From: Oculina patagonica
Lineage: Eukaryota
DNA: 64,000 nucleotides
Reading direction: 5' to 3'
NCBI RefSeq assembly: GCF_052425735.1
Contig: NC_135769.1
Span: 32,302,001 to 32,366,000 of the forward strand
In this document: one piece after another, positions 24,054-37,332 of the stretch
Position numbering within the stretch: the first letter of the stretch is position 1
Layout of the letters: every line of letters starts with the position of its first letter
Notes under the pieces: generated by a model
Database searches by the model: none
What the model was told of the DNA's origin: nothing
Seen by the model: the letters and a program-made list of their open reading frames with translations, nothing else
Program-made: the position numbers and the translations under genes

Positions 24054-26245
24054 TTATATATTTGGCAGTATTTTATGGGTTTTTTCTTTGGTTGCAGCAC
24101 GTTCCTGTAGTTTGGCCAATAGCATTTCACAGTCATCAGCAACTATAAGAATATCTTTGTTTTCACCATACACAAACCCTGCCTTAACAGCATTTTGAAT
24201 CTGAAAAGAAAAGAAAAACCAATAAATAATATCACTGCAGTATTGATAATGCTAAAAAATACATGTAATATTTCCTTGAAAGAGAAATCTTATCCACGTA
24301 CCCATTCCAACAGGCTACCCCAATAATTTGCAACATTCAAAACTCCTATTGGCTTATCATGGAGTCCAAGCTGGTACCTAACAAATAAACAAACAAACTT
24401 AATCAGACAGTTAAAAAGAAATTGAATTTCCAAAATTGAATGGAAAGTAAAGTTACCAACTCTTTGTTGACACATGAAACAATGATTTTAATGACTGCAT
24501 TCTCACCATGTGATCATTTCCAGAAGTTCTTCAATGGTGCCATAACCTCCTGGCAAAGCTATCAGAGCATCGGCCTTAAGAAATAAATAAATGATCTAAG
24601 CTTCAGAGTAATAAGCACAAACAAGAATACGACAACTCAGCTCAGCACAATAGAGGGAAGTATGATTTTAAAGCCAAGGCCTTAAAAACTAAAAACTAAT
24701 GTGCATTCAAGCCTTCAGTCAGATAACTTCACTCTACAAATAATAACTAACAATCATAATGATATTTATTATTTAATTAACATAAGTAACACAATTATGC
24801 CTAAAATATTATTTAATTATGTTACATGAAAATTCTTAGCCCCATAAAATTAAGTAAGAAATTATATAGAATTTATTTTTATATCCATATTTGTTATCAA
24901 AAATCAATGGAAAGGGCATAATTATTGTATAAACAGGAATGCTCACAAAAATGATAGATTGGACATGTTTGAATCAGAAGCTGAATTATTTTCAACCCCC
25001 CACATTTATGTCATCTTTTACACTGCATATAAACTATAAACCAAAATAAAAAGCTTAGATCTGTCTCCTATAACTACCTGTTCTAGCATGCTCCTTTTCC
25101 TGGTATGCATATCTTCAACCAGTACTGTTTTACCAACACTGTCCAAGTCTTTAGGATCTAAAAATAAAAACCAAAGCTGGTTTTTATTTGGAATTGTTGT
25201 TTTTTCAGGAGGGAGGAAAACCGGAATACCAGAGAAAAACCCTTGGAGCAAAGTGTGAACCAACAAACTCAACCTGCATATGGCCCCAGGTATGAAAATT
25301 GAACCCCAGCCATACTGGTGGAACGCGAGCACCCTCCCCACTACTATCCCTCCTCCCCCTAAAAAAACTATTTAAGTAAATATAGCTCATTTCTCATCCT
25401 TCACCAAGGTTAATGACTAGGTTAATGACCACCAGGTACCAGCTTGGACTCCACGATAAGGGCCAATAGGAGTGTTGAATGTTGCAAATTATTGGGGTAG
25501 CCTGTTGGAATGGGTACATGGATTAAGTGACAGGGGATGATTGAAGGATTTTTTGGTGTTGAACTTTTCAATATCCTTGAAATCCCAAGTACCCCCCCCC
25601 CCCCTGGATCTGACAGAACGTTATTGGTTGTAAATGAAAACATTCTGCAATGCTTACTTCTTGTAACAAAGAACTCAGGAAGAAATCCAGTGACTTGACA
25701 GCCACCGTCAGCAACAGTCTTAGCTACAGTACCCATGAGTCCTACATTTCCTCCTCCATATATGAGGTTAATCTTGTTTTTCACCAAGCATTGGCCAAGA
25801 GCTGTAAATAATTTAAAAAACAACAAAATATGAACATGTTTGTTATTAAAAATATATGAAAACAGTTTGAGCATCAAAAACATTATTTTTATTTCATTTC
25901 CCCTGACTCCCCTCTCCTCCACGATCCAAATGAAAAACAATAGATGAAAATCAATGACAACGGATGAAAATTGGTGATTATCAATACAAAATCAATGGAA
26001 ATCGATGAAAGTCGATCATGTTCAAAGTCATCGATTGGTCAGACCCCCGGATCAGACCGGCCAGAATATTTGGCAAATTATAAAAAACTTGTAAGACTTT
26101 AACAATTAATCCCTATAAAAAATCTAATAACAGATAAAAATTACACAAAAGTTATTCAAACAATGGTACCTTTAGCGCCTTCCTCGAACCTCGGATCATT
26201 ACCTAAGCTGGAGCCACAAAACACAGTAATGGTCTTCAGCGCCAT
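24054..26245 (-). CDS. LOG: LONELY GUY (LOG) family nucleoside 5'-monophosphate phosphoribohydrolase, 196 aa, 6 exons: 26245-26170, 25801-25658, 25157-25078, 24574-24507, 24377-24302, 24200-24054
   Basis: Spliced protein: [67 protein letters not shown]...[72 protein letters not shown].... The exons total 591 nt, all GT-AG and in phase. VFCGS, YGGG.GLMG, MH.RK and PGGxGTxEE are LOG signatures. Confidence 0.93.
25203..25352 (-). mobile_element. tRNA-derived SINE fragment in LOG intron 2
   Basis: GGAGGGAGGAAAACCGGA...GAGAAAAACCCT...AACAAACTCAACC pattern typical of anthozoan SINE2 repeats, with a degenerate tRNA head. Confidence 0.6.
25434..25523 (+). pseudogene. Inverted duplicate of LOG exon 5 with its splice junctions, inside LOG intron 2
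   Basis: Reverse complement of about 24292-24379, with 3 substitutions and a 2-nt (GG) insertion. Confidence 0.92.
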
Positions 26246-27971
26246 TATGAACGTGGGGTAATATTTTGCCAGGCGTTCCTATGATCTCCTTCCCAGGTTC
26301 CACTCGATCATATCTGCCGTTTTGAACATCTGCCGGCCCCCGGGTACCTGCCCTCCATGCTCCATCTATTCTCGATCCATCGCGCAGAGAAATGACCGTG
26401 ACGCCTAAAGTTTGCAGTTTTTCGAGAACCGTTTACTGTTCATAGCTTAGTAGAGAATGGCAAAGATTGCCCTGGAGAAAAGGCTCAATCGCAAGACGTG
26501 AGGGACACGTTAGAGATTTCAATTTCTTTTCTCCTTTATTTTTTTTTTGGGGGGGGGAGGGGTGCGGGGCTGATTGAGAATTTGATGTGCGTTGAAGACA
26601 GACTACATGTTCTTGCCCATTTTGCCTTGTTTTTCGACTTTTCTCATCGCGATTATCTGTCCCATAAGACTGACAGTAACCCGCCATCAAGAAACTTTCT
26701 AGCCGCTGAATAAAGATTGCTTTAATCAGTCGTGTCAGCACTTTTTGAAGCTCATGTCAAGTCCAGAAAAATAGCCATGAAGTCTGCACCATTTTGACAA
26801 TTTTTTACGGTTAAACGAGTGTCCGAAAAAAAAAAGAAACGGAGATGTGATGTTACACGCGTTTGTCAGAAAAGCAAAAGTAACCCGTTACATACGTTTA
26901 TTCATAAGAATTATTTCTTAACTTCAAACTTCATTCGCAATTCACATATTATTTTATTCACATGCAGAGCTTAGCTTGCCATTAGAAAATTTAATAACTC
27001 ACTTATTTGCAACAAAAATAAAATTCCGCCCCATTAGAGTGCGTACTTTCCTCGCCACAATGAAAGACTATATATTTTCTAAAGCGGAGAAAATGTAATA
27101 AATTACACCGTTAATCGGCTAAAAGTAAATTGAAAGAGTAGCAAAACGAAATGAAAAGTGTACAACTAGCTGAATAACAACTCAAAGAAGAGAGAAACAC
27201 TTTAACAAAAATGAATAAGACGGTTTGCCTGAAGAGCACAATGTTGACCAACCCGACAACAACAACAACAACAACAACCTTTGTCAACCGAAAATGATCA
27301 CCCCGCCCTTTTACATCTCTTTTTATACCATACTTGATAATTTGCTTTGTCCAGTCAGAAAATTTTATAAAGAATGTTTGCACATCGAATGAAACTTGGG
27401 TATTCGATAAATGTCGCGAGAAAAGCGTACCCTTCAATCCTCTAATGGGGGAATGCTGTTTTTATTACGGAAAACTTCTGTGTGCTGCTGACTTGCAAAT
27501 ATCTTTAAAAGGTTTGAAATGTAACAAGAAGGCCCAGACTTAATGTCGAATTTTTCGTGACCAGAAGCCAATTGTTTAACTTAAGAAAAAAATCGGAATC
27601 TTCTATGTTAAGAAGCGTCTTTGTTACCAAATGTAGCCAATGGTTTATGCTCAAAGCTAGTGTCGACAAGTTTCTTTGTTTTGTAAAACGTTGAAGATCG
27701 TTGAACAATGAAGATAGTTTTATAAATGTAAATCAGGAACGAAACCACAATTCAATGGATCTTGTGAACATTCTGATTTGCGGCTTATGAAAAAATAGAT
27801 GAAAATTACATAAATCGATCATTAATTATTGAATGTAAAACGCTGACATGATGGTCTGGAAAGTCTTGTCTCTCCGCATGAGCTGCAATACTAACCGGTA
27901 GAACTGAAATTAAGAACAGTTAAAATCCACCGAGTCTTGTAAATTACTTCCTTCGAGTCTTGCGGACAGCA

Positions 27972-28209
27972 ATGTGGTCAGATATCATTCAATGCAGCGT
28001 TAAAACTTTGCTCATATCTGTTTGTTTTCTTCTGGGGAACGCGAATCAAGTGACTAGTTATCTTGACGGGAAATGCAACGAAGCACAGTTGCCGCGAAAC
28101 TGCTCACCTCTTACAAAATGTCCAGCATGTATCCGCGTCTCATGGCTGCCTAGAATGCCTTATGCTTTCAAAATTGGTAACTCTAGTACTGCGGGAGGAT
28201 TTCTTCATG
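27972..28209 (+). CDS. Alternative (distal) first coding exon of the K+-filter iGluR-like channel: signal peptide plus start of the ligand-binding domain
   Basis: MWSDIIQCSVKTLLISVCFLLGNA...CPACIRVSWLPRMPY...GGFLH(G). Phase-1 donor G|GTAAGT, compatible with the exon at 31793. Paralogous to 31137-31356. Confidence 0.7.
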
Positions 28210-28958
28210 GTAAGTTTCATTTATATAGTGTTATTCATACGCGGCTTTTGTTCAGAATTTTTTATATGAAAAGGTGTCGATTCAGTAAAGCCGTACATTT
28301 GAGTTTCTAATCCACCAGCCGTTTACGAGCTTTTACTGTTTAAATCTAAATAAGAGATTCATTTTATCTCAAAGACACACCTTTCCATCCATGTACTAGC
28401 TGCAAAATCGGTAATTTAGGCTGGCTTTTGGTATTGCAACATTTGTTTATATTTGATACTTAGTTTTGTTACAATTGTTGTTAATTTCAACAGCTGTAAC
28501 CTTTTCAGTTCATTTCACACACATCTCACGGTTTTCTCTCTTAGGTACTTACGGTTTCGGGAGTGTTTCGTTTTAATTGTTTTGTCTACTTAAACGTTTT
28601 TGAAATGGAAAAAGCCAATCTCATCTGATGAAAGTTTAATGAAGTCATTTACTTTTTTTGTCTCTTTTTGAGTTGCTCACTCAGGCACTCAAGCCACTTA
28701 GCCACTCAGTGCAGAGTAGAAAACACAATTAAAAATAGGTTAACAGCCCGCGGCGGTTTTGGTTTAAAAGAACTTTGTTTTCAATTTTGTTGTTATCACG
28801 CTTTTTTGGCTCGTCAGTCTCACGACGAGCCCAAGGAAGCTACAATATTAATGGTTTTCTTTACTGAAGTAATGTTTAATAAGCGAGCAGCAGTGTTTTA
28901 TCTCGTTTAATCACGAGGCGAACCGGTTTTTTTGTTTGTGTCCTGAAGGAAAAATGAC

Positions 28959-29188
28959 AGGGCCGTAACTAGCAAGAGGCAAGACGAGGCACTTAAAAGC
29001 AAAATATGTTCTGTTGGAAAATAATAATCCCCAGTTGAACAATCGATTTTTCTCAAGAAACACCCCATGAAAAAGTTTCCGAAAGAGTTTCAGAACTTCT
29101 AGATTTCAAAATTTTCTGGAAGGCATGCACCCAGAAGCCCCTAGCAAGATCATGCCTCCGCTATGGGAAAGGTGTGACGACGGCCCTG
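28959..29188. mobile_element. hAT-like MITE
   Basis: CAGGGCCGT ... ACGGCCCTG termini. A related 5' fragment lies at about 31660-31750. Confidence 0.55.
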
Positions 29189-30412
29189 AATGGGTCTCCT
29201 ACTTGATCACGCCATGTAATACTTTTTTGTGACCAAGAATGCTCTATCAAGATGGCTGGATATTGGCCGCGTTTTTTTTGCGTAGTTTCGGACTTTGCCC
29301 GTGTCTCGGTTCTTAATTATAAACACGCAAAACTGAAGAACTTGGGTAATATCCAGCCATATTATCATCACGCTTGGTCAATAACCCATACATAAATCTT
29401 AAAATTGTAAAATCGGCTTCTGTGATGACATAAAAGAGGTTATGTTCTACCAGTAGAATACCACAAAAAAATGCCATCTTGCAACCGTAGTGGCTTTGAA
29501 GTATCATCAAAAAATGCAAACAGTCGGAAATTTAAACGACAATCACTGAGATATTTTAGCAAATAAAACTTTTCAACTTAGCGCTTGCCTTTTAGTTAAT
29601 TTATTTCGCTTCCACCCTTCCATCAACGTCATGTTCTTTTGTTTTTGGTGGTAGTCATTGTTCTGTGTTTGTTTTGCTGATATTTCTTTTGTTTGTGCTC
29701 ATTTTCACGCTATAATTACCTAGCATTTATAGTATTGAGAGCTTTTTCCTGCACTTTATAAACATATCATTGTCTCATTCCTTTGTATTAAACATGTTAA
29801 AAGAACTCAGATATGAAATTAAATGTGCAGGGCGTTGTTGTTTCCCGAAAACTAAGAAAAAACACTTGTAAAAGTTTAACGCAGGTGCTTCATGGTGGGG
29901 TCTAGGAGCCCTTCCCGTCTCTGATCATTAAAGCTCAAATTTGTTGTCCGAGTTGAATCACCCACAAGTGAATAGATTGTTGTATTTATTTTGCTGCAAG
30001 CTTTCGCTACTTTACTGCGACTGCTGTATTTCGAAACGAACTACCTTAGGTGAGCAGAACATATAAAAAATCTATCTGGTGGGCTCGCTAAATAAAACCA
30101 GACCTTTCTGCTGTTCAGAATAGAAACCCCATCGCAGACCTAAAAGGTCAAATGGGGTACCCAAAGAGCGCACGTGTATATCAGTTAGTACCCCCTCCCC
30201 GCTGCAATATTTATTTGTTGTAGTACTAACCTGCGACCAGGCTCTCTGTTTAAACAGTTATTACGAGTTCTACATAGTAATGGCTGCCATAATAAAGAGC
30301 GCTTTCTCTAATAAACCAACCCTCGACCCCAAGGTTTTTTTTTGTGGGAAAAAAAACTAAATAAATTTTCTAATTAACAATTAGACTACGAGCCCAAGTT
30401 TTCTATGAGCAA

Positions 30413-30448
<36 letters not shown>

Positions 30449-30449
30449 A

Positions 30450-30485
<36 letters not shown>

Positions 30486-31136
30486 GAAACTCTAAAGGAT
30501 TGCAGTCCAAAACCTACAATATTGTGCACTTTGAAGACAAAAATCAAGAAAATTTACCGCTTAAAGAGCTACGCGAGCGCGCGATTGTTTTCTATCGGCG
30601 AATAGAAATCAGTGGGAGAACCAATCAGATTCGCGGATTTCCATTAGAACACAGCTGAGTTTCTACTAAAAGAAACTAGAGTGATTGCTCATACAGCGTC
30701 TTGATGGCCTTTAAATCTGATTGCGTGACAGAGTACAACATAAGGAGCGTGTGTGAGGGTCATAACGTAAGTTTTAGGCCTGATATCTCAGGTTAATCAT
30801 TTTACTCAAGTAGTACGTGATATTGGACGTCTGGGCGCATTGAACCGAGACTCCTCCTAAAAGTTTTGCTTTTGTTCATTCAAAGCTACAAAGCAGGATA
30901 TTTGCATTTGCATTCCCACCTATTTACAAACTATTTAAAACTCCTGCTTAGTTAGAACGTGGGGTGATCCAGATCCACCCCAAGGGATTGGCAAAAGTCG
31001 AAAGAATTTGAATTTTATAAGCCACAGCGCGGCATTCCATCGATTCATCGAAGAAGCAAGTAAACCGGTCGTCAAAGAAAAATCGCTGTCGCCAGTCAAG
31101 AGGGAACACGTTAACCAACGGAGGTTATATGTCTAC

Positions 31137-34100
31137 ATGAAGAGCAAAATGCACAGGTTTTATGTGCTGGTGTGCTATATTTTCTTGGCTTTGCTGATTT
31201 ACGTGGGGAAAATTGACGCGAAATGTTCGTCGGAATCGGCGGGCCAAACATGCCGTCACGATCGAAATATCTGTCCTGCCTGTATCGATGTTTCATGGCT
31301 GGTTCGACCTCCTTATACTTCTCAGGGAATAAACACTACTGAAGGGATATTGCCAGGTAATTTCTTCTAGACCAGGACCTGTTGTTCTATTGCTGCGAGT
31401 GAACCGTTTTGGTGCATGTACTGAACGGGGTACATAGAGTAGAAAAATGACGGGGAGGGGGTGAGGAAGACAACCTATGCGGCGCGGGGGCACGATGGGA
31501 GAATTATTAGATGACCTCGGTGTTATGTAAGTAATTATGATTATCAACTTAACAAAACAACATGGACTTTTTCCATAAACAGAGAGAAGTCCAAAGACTA
31601 CTGCAAAACTAATTCGACGGGTGATATATTAATTTGCAATATTTTGGCAGGTCAGACCTCAGGCCCGTAACTAGCTAGACGAGGCACTTGCCTCGTCTAG
31701 CTTTTAACCAAAAATTCAATAAAGAAAATGTTTAGTTGGGAAAATAATTCACAAATGAAATCACCAGTTCACTTGAGTTTTATTCACTACAGGTTTGTTA
31801 AATCTTATGTTAAACAAGTGTTGTGGTAACCACAGCTCAAGCTGCTGGCAAGTGAAATACGCGCCGCCGGAAACAGATCCCGAGCAGCTTCTCCGCGTGA
31901 CGCGTGACACTCACGTAATCTACCCAGTACTGGTCGATAAACAGGAAGCAGCAAACGAGAAGCTGAACATGATAGGCCTCGTACCACCTGCCAGTATTGC
32001 TTTTGTCGTTCCTAAAGGAAAGCGGGAAAGTTTCCCAAAGAAGCTCTTGATGGCTGTATTCGAAGCTTGGCCAGTGTTGATATTGACTATTTTACTCTCA
32101 ATTTTGGCGGGCGTTTTTCTGTGGCTTTTGGTAAGTGACATATGTTCTAGTACTAACAAATTTAGAACAAGAGTTTTGGAACAGTGTTCCTTGTTTGCTA
32201 TAATTTTTGCACCAAAAAGCAAGGAGATCGCGGGTAATTTGATTTGCCTGCCGCCAAAGTAGATAGCATGCACCTGCTGTAGACAAGCGTTCCCTTCTCT
32301 TTTTACTTACGGCAAAGACGTAAGAGAAGACGAAACTACCGCAAGAAATGTTGGATAAGAGAGCTTTTTCAAAATCGTTATCAAGTGGGTGAATACCACA
32401 CCATAGTAGATTTAGGAAATGCGTGAAAATGACAAGTCATTTTATCAATACTTCCGGATGACACCTGAAAGATTTGACCACCTCCTTCCTCTTGTGTGAC
32501 ACTGAAATAGGCTCGTCATCCTCGCTTAGGACCAGGGCGTCATCGGATAGCGGGTTGTACTCTTGCATAACACCGACAAAAGCCTCGTTGATTTTATTAA
32601 CGAGGTCTCGGTCAGTGCAGTCCGTGTGAATTCTTAAAATGGACCTAGTACGTATGATCAGCGGCATGTAAAATGTGGAAGCTGCGTTTGTCGGGCGTTT
32701 GTCGTTTGCGATGTCCTTCACGCTAAAGAGCAAGAAGTTAAATTTTAAAGCGCTGCCGCTTGCGTTTCTGTTCAGTACTTTGTAAATGCTTCCCAAGAAA
32801 CCTCTCTTGAGCAAGATGGTCAAGTATAGTGCCGGGGAAACGGTCTTTTCATCCCTTATGCGCCAGCTCTGATGAATAACGAATTTACGATGCCTTCTTA
32901 TAATTTGCGTTCATAATTATCCATTACTAAGTTATATTAATCTCAGGGAAAAAATTACTTTCTGTGCTTTGAGCGTGAAATATGTACAGCAAAAACTACG
33001 AAGATTATTTGCGAAGGCTCCATGAAAACGTTTTCATAATGACCGCGCGCTAGAATGGAACGAGCTTTGAGCTTTTTGACGTCATAAATTGGTGTTTCTG
33101 ATGGCTTTGCGATCGAATTGCACGTGCTTTGTTATGTTACATTGCTTCCTTTTCTCAATGTCACTAGCACTTCACACGCTAAGAAATTAAAGATTATATC
33201 TTTCACATCTGAAAATGTGAAAATCCGAAACATTCCTATGACCTTCCGCTCCGCTCCTACTATTATAATTAATATTCTTATAACTCACTTCGCAGCACTT
33301 AACTTGCTATCAGCAACTCCTAGTAATATAATAATAGTTATCTTTTCTTCAACATTTTGATTGGTCGTAGAGTCATTTTGAAGAAAAATTTATGGAATTA
33401 GTTCTTAGATCTGAGAAACTGCGTATAAATTTGTTGTGGAATTGAAAGCAGGAGAAAACAGTCTTCATTTTGTGGTAACTACACTTTTGAATGATTCTGT
33501 TTCAGGATACTTGGTTTAACAAAGAACAATTCCCACGCAACTTTTTCAGAGGCTCCTGGGAAGGATTCTGGTGGGCGTTCGTCTCCATGACAACAGTGGG
33601 GTAATAAAGTAGTACAGTATACCACTAACGTTAGTCCTTTATTACATACATTTCGCTCAAAGGCTGGCATTTTTCTTTGAGCTTTTTTGGGTGGGGGGAG
33701 GGGGGGAGGGGGGGGGGGAGACGGATAACTGAAACGAATTACAATGAAGCAGCGATATAATCGAAGTGCCAGAGACTAAGAAAATGTTTTCGTTATAACG
33801 GGGTTTGCAATTGGTTATTCTGTTCTAATACATTTTACTGTTAGTAACTGTGGCCGGACAAACGAATATCGGTCGTTATACGGGGATCGTCGTTGTAAAG
33901 AGGACCATTATATCCGGCGGGGTTACACTGTAGTTTATGAAAGGTCAAGCTGCCCTCCAGTCAGGAATGCCCGAAGTAAATAAACCACTGGATCATGTAA
34001 ACCTTTTATGAACCTTAGCATTAAAAACAAACGTCGTTGATGTATTTTATTTCGATTATCTTTGAAAATCTAACAATTTTCTTTAGAAGTCAACATGGCC

Positions 34101-35838
34101 TCTGTTGAACGTTTTTTAGTCCTTTAACAATTTTAATTTGTTATGAAAAACATGCAGATATGGTGACCGAGCGCCCATATCAGTGCTTGGACGAAGCTTT
34201 GCAGTGGCCTGGATTTTAGTAGGAATTTGTATTTGTTCAATATTCACTGCCACCTTAACAACCTCACTCACAACCATCAGCTTGGACACCAAGAAGACCC
34301 TACCAGGCTCAAAGGTGAGAAGGTATTTCACATACAGTGAAGAATCGTATAATCAGACGTTCAGTGCACAGACACTCTTGTTACCGAAATGCAATGTAAG
34401 TGAAATGCGATGTAAGTTTGCAAGTGGCAGGGTCGTAAAAAAGAAATATACCAAGCTGACCTTACATTTTTTCTGATGCTAACAGCATTTGGCCATCCGA
34501 CTGTAACGGATGTTCTGAAGAGCTCATACACCACATATAGAGCATTTCTCTTTTTCAAACTCCCTCTAGGCAATCAATATATTTAGATCAGTTTCAAAAC
34601 TTTTAAGAACAAATAGACGATCTTTCGCTTTATAGATTAAAATGAATTAATTTTTTTGTTATATATATTTATTTATGTCAGTTAGTTTTTCTATTTTATA
34701 CTTAAGATTAGTGTATGTTATTTGCAGATACTAGCACCATAATTGTCAATCCGAATTGAAATAAAGTTTATGAATGTATGTAGGACGTCACATTGGTACC
34801 GTGAGTTTAAAAGAAACAAACTGTTTTTCTTCTTATAAAATAAACACTTTATTATTTTATCCTTTATTAGTTTATTCTAAACGCAGTCTACTCAAAGAGG
34901 CATTCCAGCTAACATGTCAAGCGGATAAAGCTCTCACTGCAACCCCGTCGTATTTTATGCTCACCCATTCTTTAATATAAAAAGAAAATGACAGGAGGGG
35001 CAATATTACGTCTCTCCGTTGACCTGTAAAAAGAGTCCGTTGCGGAATAAATCTACAAAGCTATCTATAGGGAAAAGATTGGTAGCTACCTATGGAGCCA
35101 TAGCTTAATTACATTCTAGTCTACATTTATTGATTGTCTGTTCCTTTTTCAGGTGGGAGTTCTAAAACGCTCGATAGAAATGGCACTAGGGATGCAACAG
35201 CAAGCTGAATTAGAACGTAAGTGATGTAATAATTAGAAAATAATAACAACGACCGACCACAAAACTGCATAGTGAAGCAATGAAAACACGAAACAAATAT
35301 ACGTAGCCGACCCCAAGGGTGGGAAAACACATGTGAGCGAGTCACGATTGGTTTTTTTGTTTTGCATCTGATTGGTTGAATTCATTGCGCGTTTTTTAAC
35401 CAATCACAGAGCGCAGCAAAACCAAGGCAATTCTGGATTATTGTTTTACTGTATATTTTATTTTTCTCGCATTTTCACACGGACACTAGAGGACACAGTC
35501 AGACAATAATGCGCATGAGCGTACCATTGTTTGCAGATCTCGTGGCGTTAAAGAAAATAAAAAAAAGCATCTTATGATGCATTTTTGCATTATGATAATC
35601 ATACGATTGACCAAAGGTTTTTAGAGCGTCATCAGAGTTTAGCTTCATCTCAAGAACTATGTGTGACTAAAAATACATTTAGCTTATGTTTGCTATAATA
35701 TACTAAGTATTATTTAAGCGTTCAAAAGTTTATAGCTTTTCTTTTTCAGTCTACAATTCTGTTGAGGAAATGAGAGAAGCCCTGGACAATGGAAAAATTG
35801 AAGGTAACTTTTCTTTTGTTGTCCTCTTTCTCTATTTG

Positions 35839-35870
<32 letters not shown>

Positions 35871-37298
35871 GTTTAATAGACACTCATTGCAGTATAACTG
35901 AATTACAGAGTAAAAAACAAGCTAAGGTATAAATATAAACTATTAATTACAATATATATACAATATAAGGTTCTATTATAAACAAGCTAGTTCGAGATTA
36001 ATAGCGAAAAGTGACGAAGTCCTGAGAACGCTTCGTTCCTCACGTCGAGGCAAAAGAAAATGAAGAGGGCTATTTACATCCTGAAGTTTACAGACATACT
36101 GCCGGCAAAGATGTTGGCGCCGTTCTCTCAATGAAGTGAGGTCGAGCAGCCGTAATGCCTCCTTGTAGTCGAGGGAGGGACTCTCTCAATATTATTATCT
36201 AAAAAGTCAGGAATGTTCTGCCAGACAGGGGCGGCATATTCTAAAATAGGACGCACTATTGTAACAAATACTTTGGCCAATGCTACCGGCGTGGCACCGC
36301 ATCGCTTTAGTATCCTTAGGGAAAAGAGTCTTTTGTTCGCTTTTTTAACAATATAGTCTATGTGGTAGTCCCATTTTGAGTCGCTGCTGATGTAAACCCC
36401 AAGGAGTTTGTATTTTGAGGTTCGTTCAATTACGTTATTTCCAAGTATAATATGATTAATTACGAAATTATGGTTACTCATAAAATTGATCAACATTTCG
36501 TTGCATTTAGAAGGATTAAGCTTCATCTTGTGCTCGTTTGAAAATTCAAAAATATCGTTGGCAGCAAAGTTAAGCAAGCTTACACTATTTCTAGGGATGA
36601 TTTCTAAGGCTGTTGTGTCATCGACAAACTTAATTCTAAGGTTCCAAGCACATAGGAGGCTGTTCGTCATAATAGAGAATAGGATTACTCCCAACTTGGT
36701 GCCTTGGGGGATACCTCCCTTAGGGGTCTTCCAATCAGACACAATGCTCCCGATTAAACTCGCCGATCCTGATACTTTTCTCTGTAACCAGCAAGTGTGC
36801 CAGCATGAATTTTCACACAAAACTTTCCTCCACTAATTTATATATTACCGACAGAAAGAACAGCTTTTTACCATCTAGAGTAGCATCAATAGGTATGGTT
36901 GAAGAGGATTGATGATGTATATAGCCTAGCTGGATTTTGACGTTTGTCTCTAAATAACACAAATTTAGACTTAACTAGTTCTGTTGCACTATTACAGGTG
37001 TACTGTTGGACAGTTACCAAATTAGTCACTATACGGACACCCTGTTTCCAAACACTGAGTTCAAAACAGACGCAATCCTTAAAGAGGAGACGCTTTCCTA
37101 TGGCGCTGTGGTCAATGACAGTTATCTAGCAAGGTGCTTTAGGAATTTAATCGCTGAAGACAAGTACCTGCTCTATGACTTCACCAGACATGAACTTACT
37201 AAAACATTAAAGGTGATCCTTGAAAAATTGTTGAAAATTTTGACTGAAAATTGCAGAAATCGAATTCAAATGAAATTTATGTCTCTTTGTCGTTCTAG

Positions 37299-37332
<34 letters not shown>

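Noticed and set aside
24054-26245. LOG as bacterial or algal contamination, or as lysine decarboxylase
   Set aside because: Five canonical AT-rich spliceosomal introns, a host SINE and flanking animal genes argue against contamination. 'Lysine decarboxylase' is a known misannotation of PGGxGTxxE LOG proteins.
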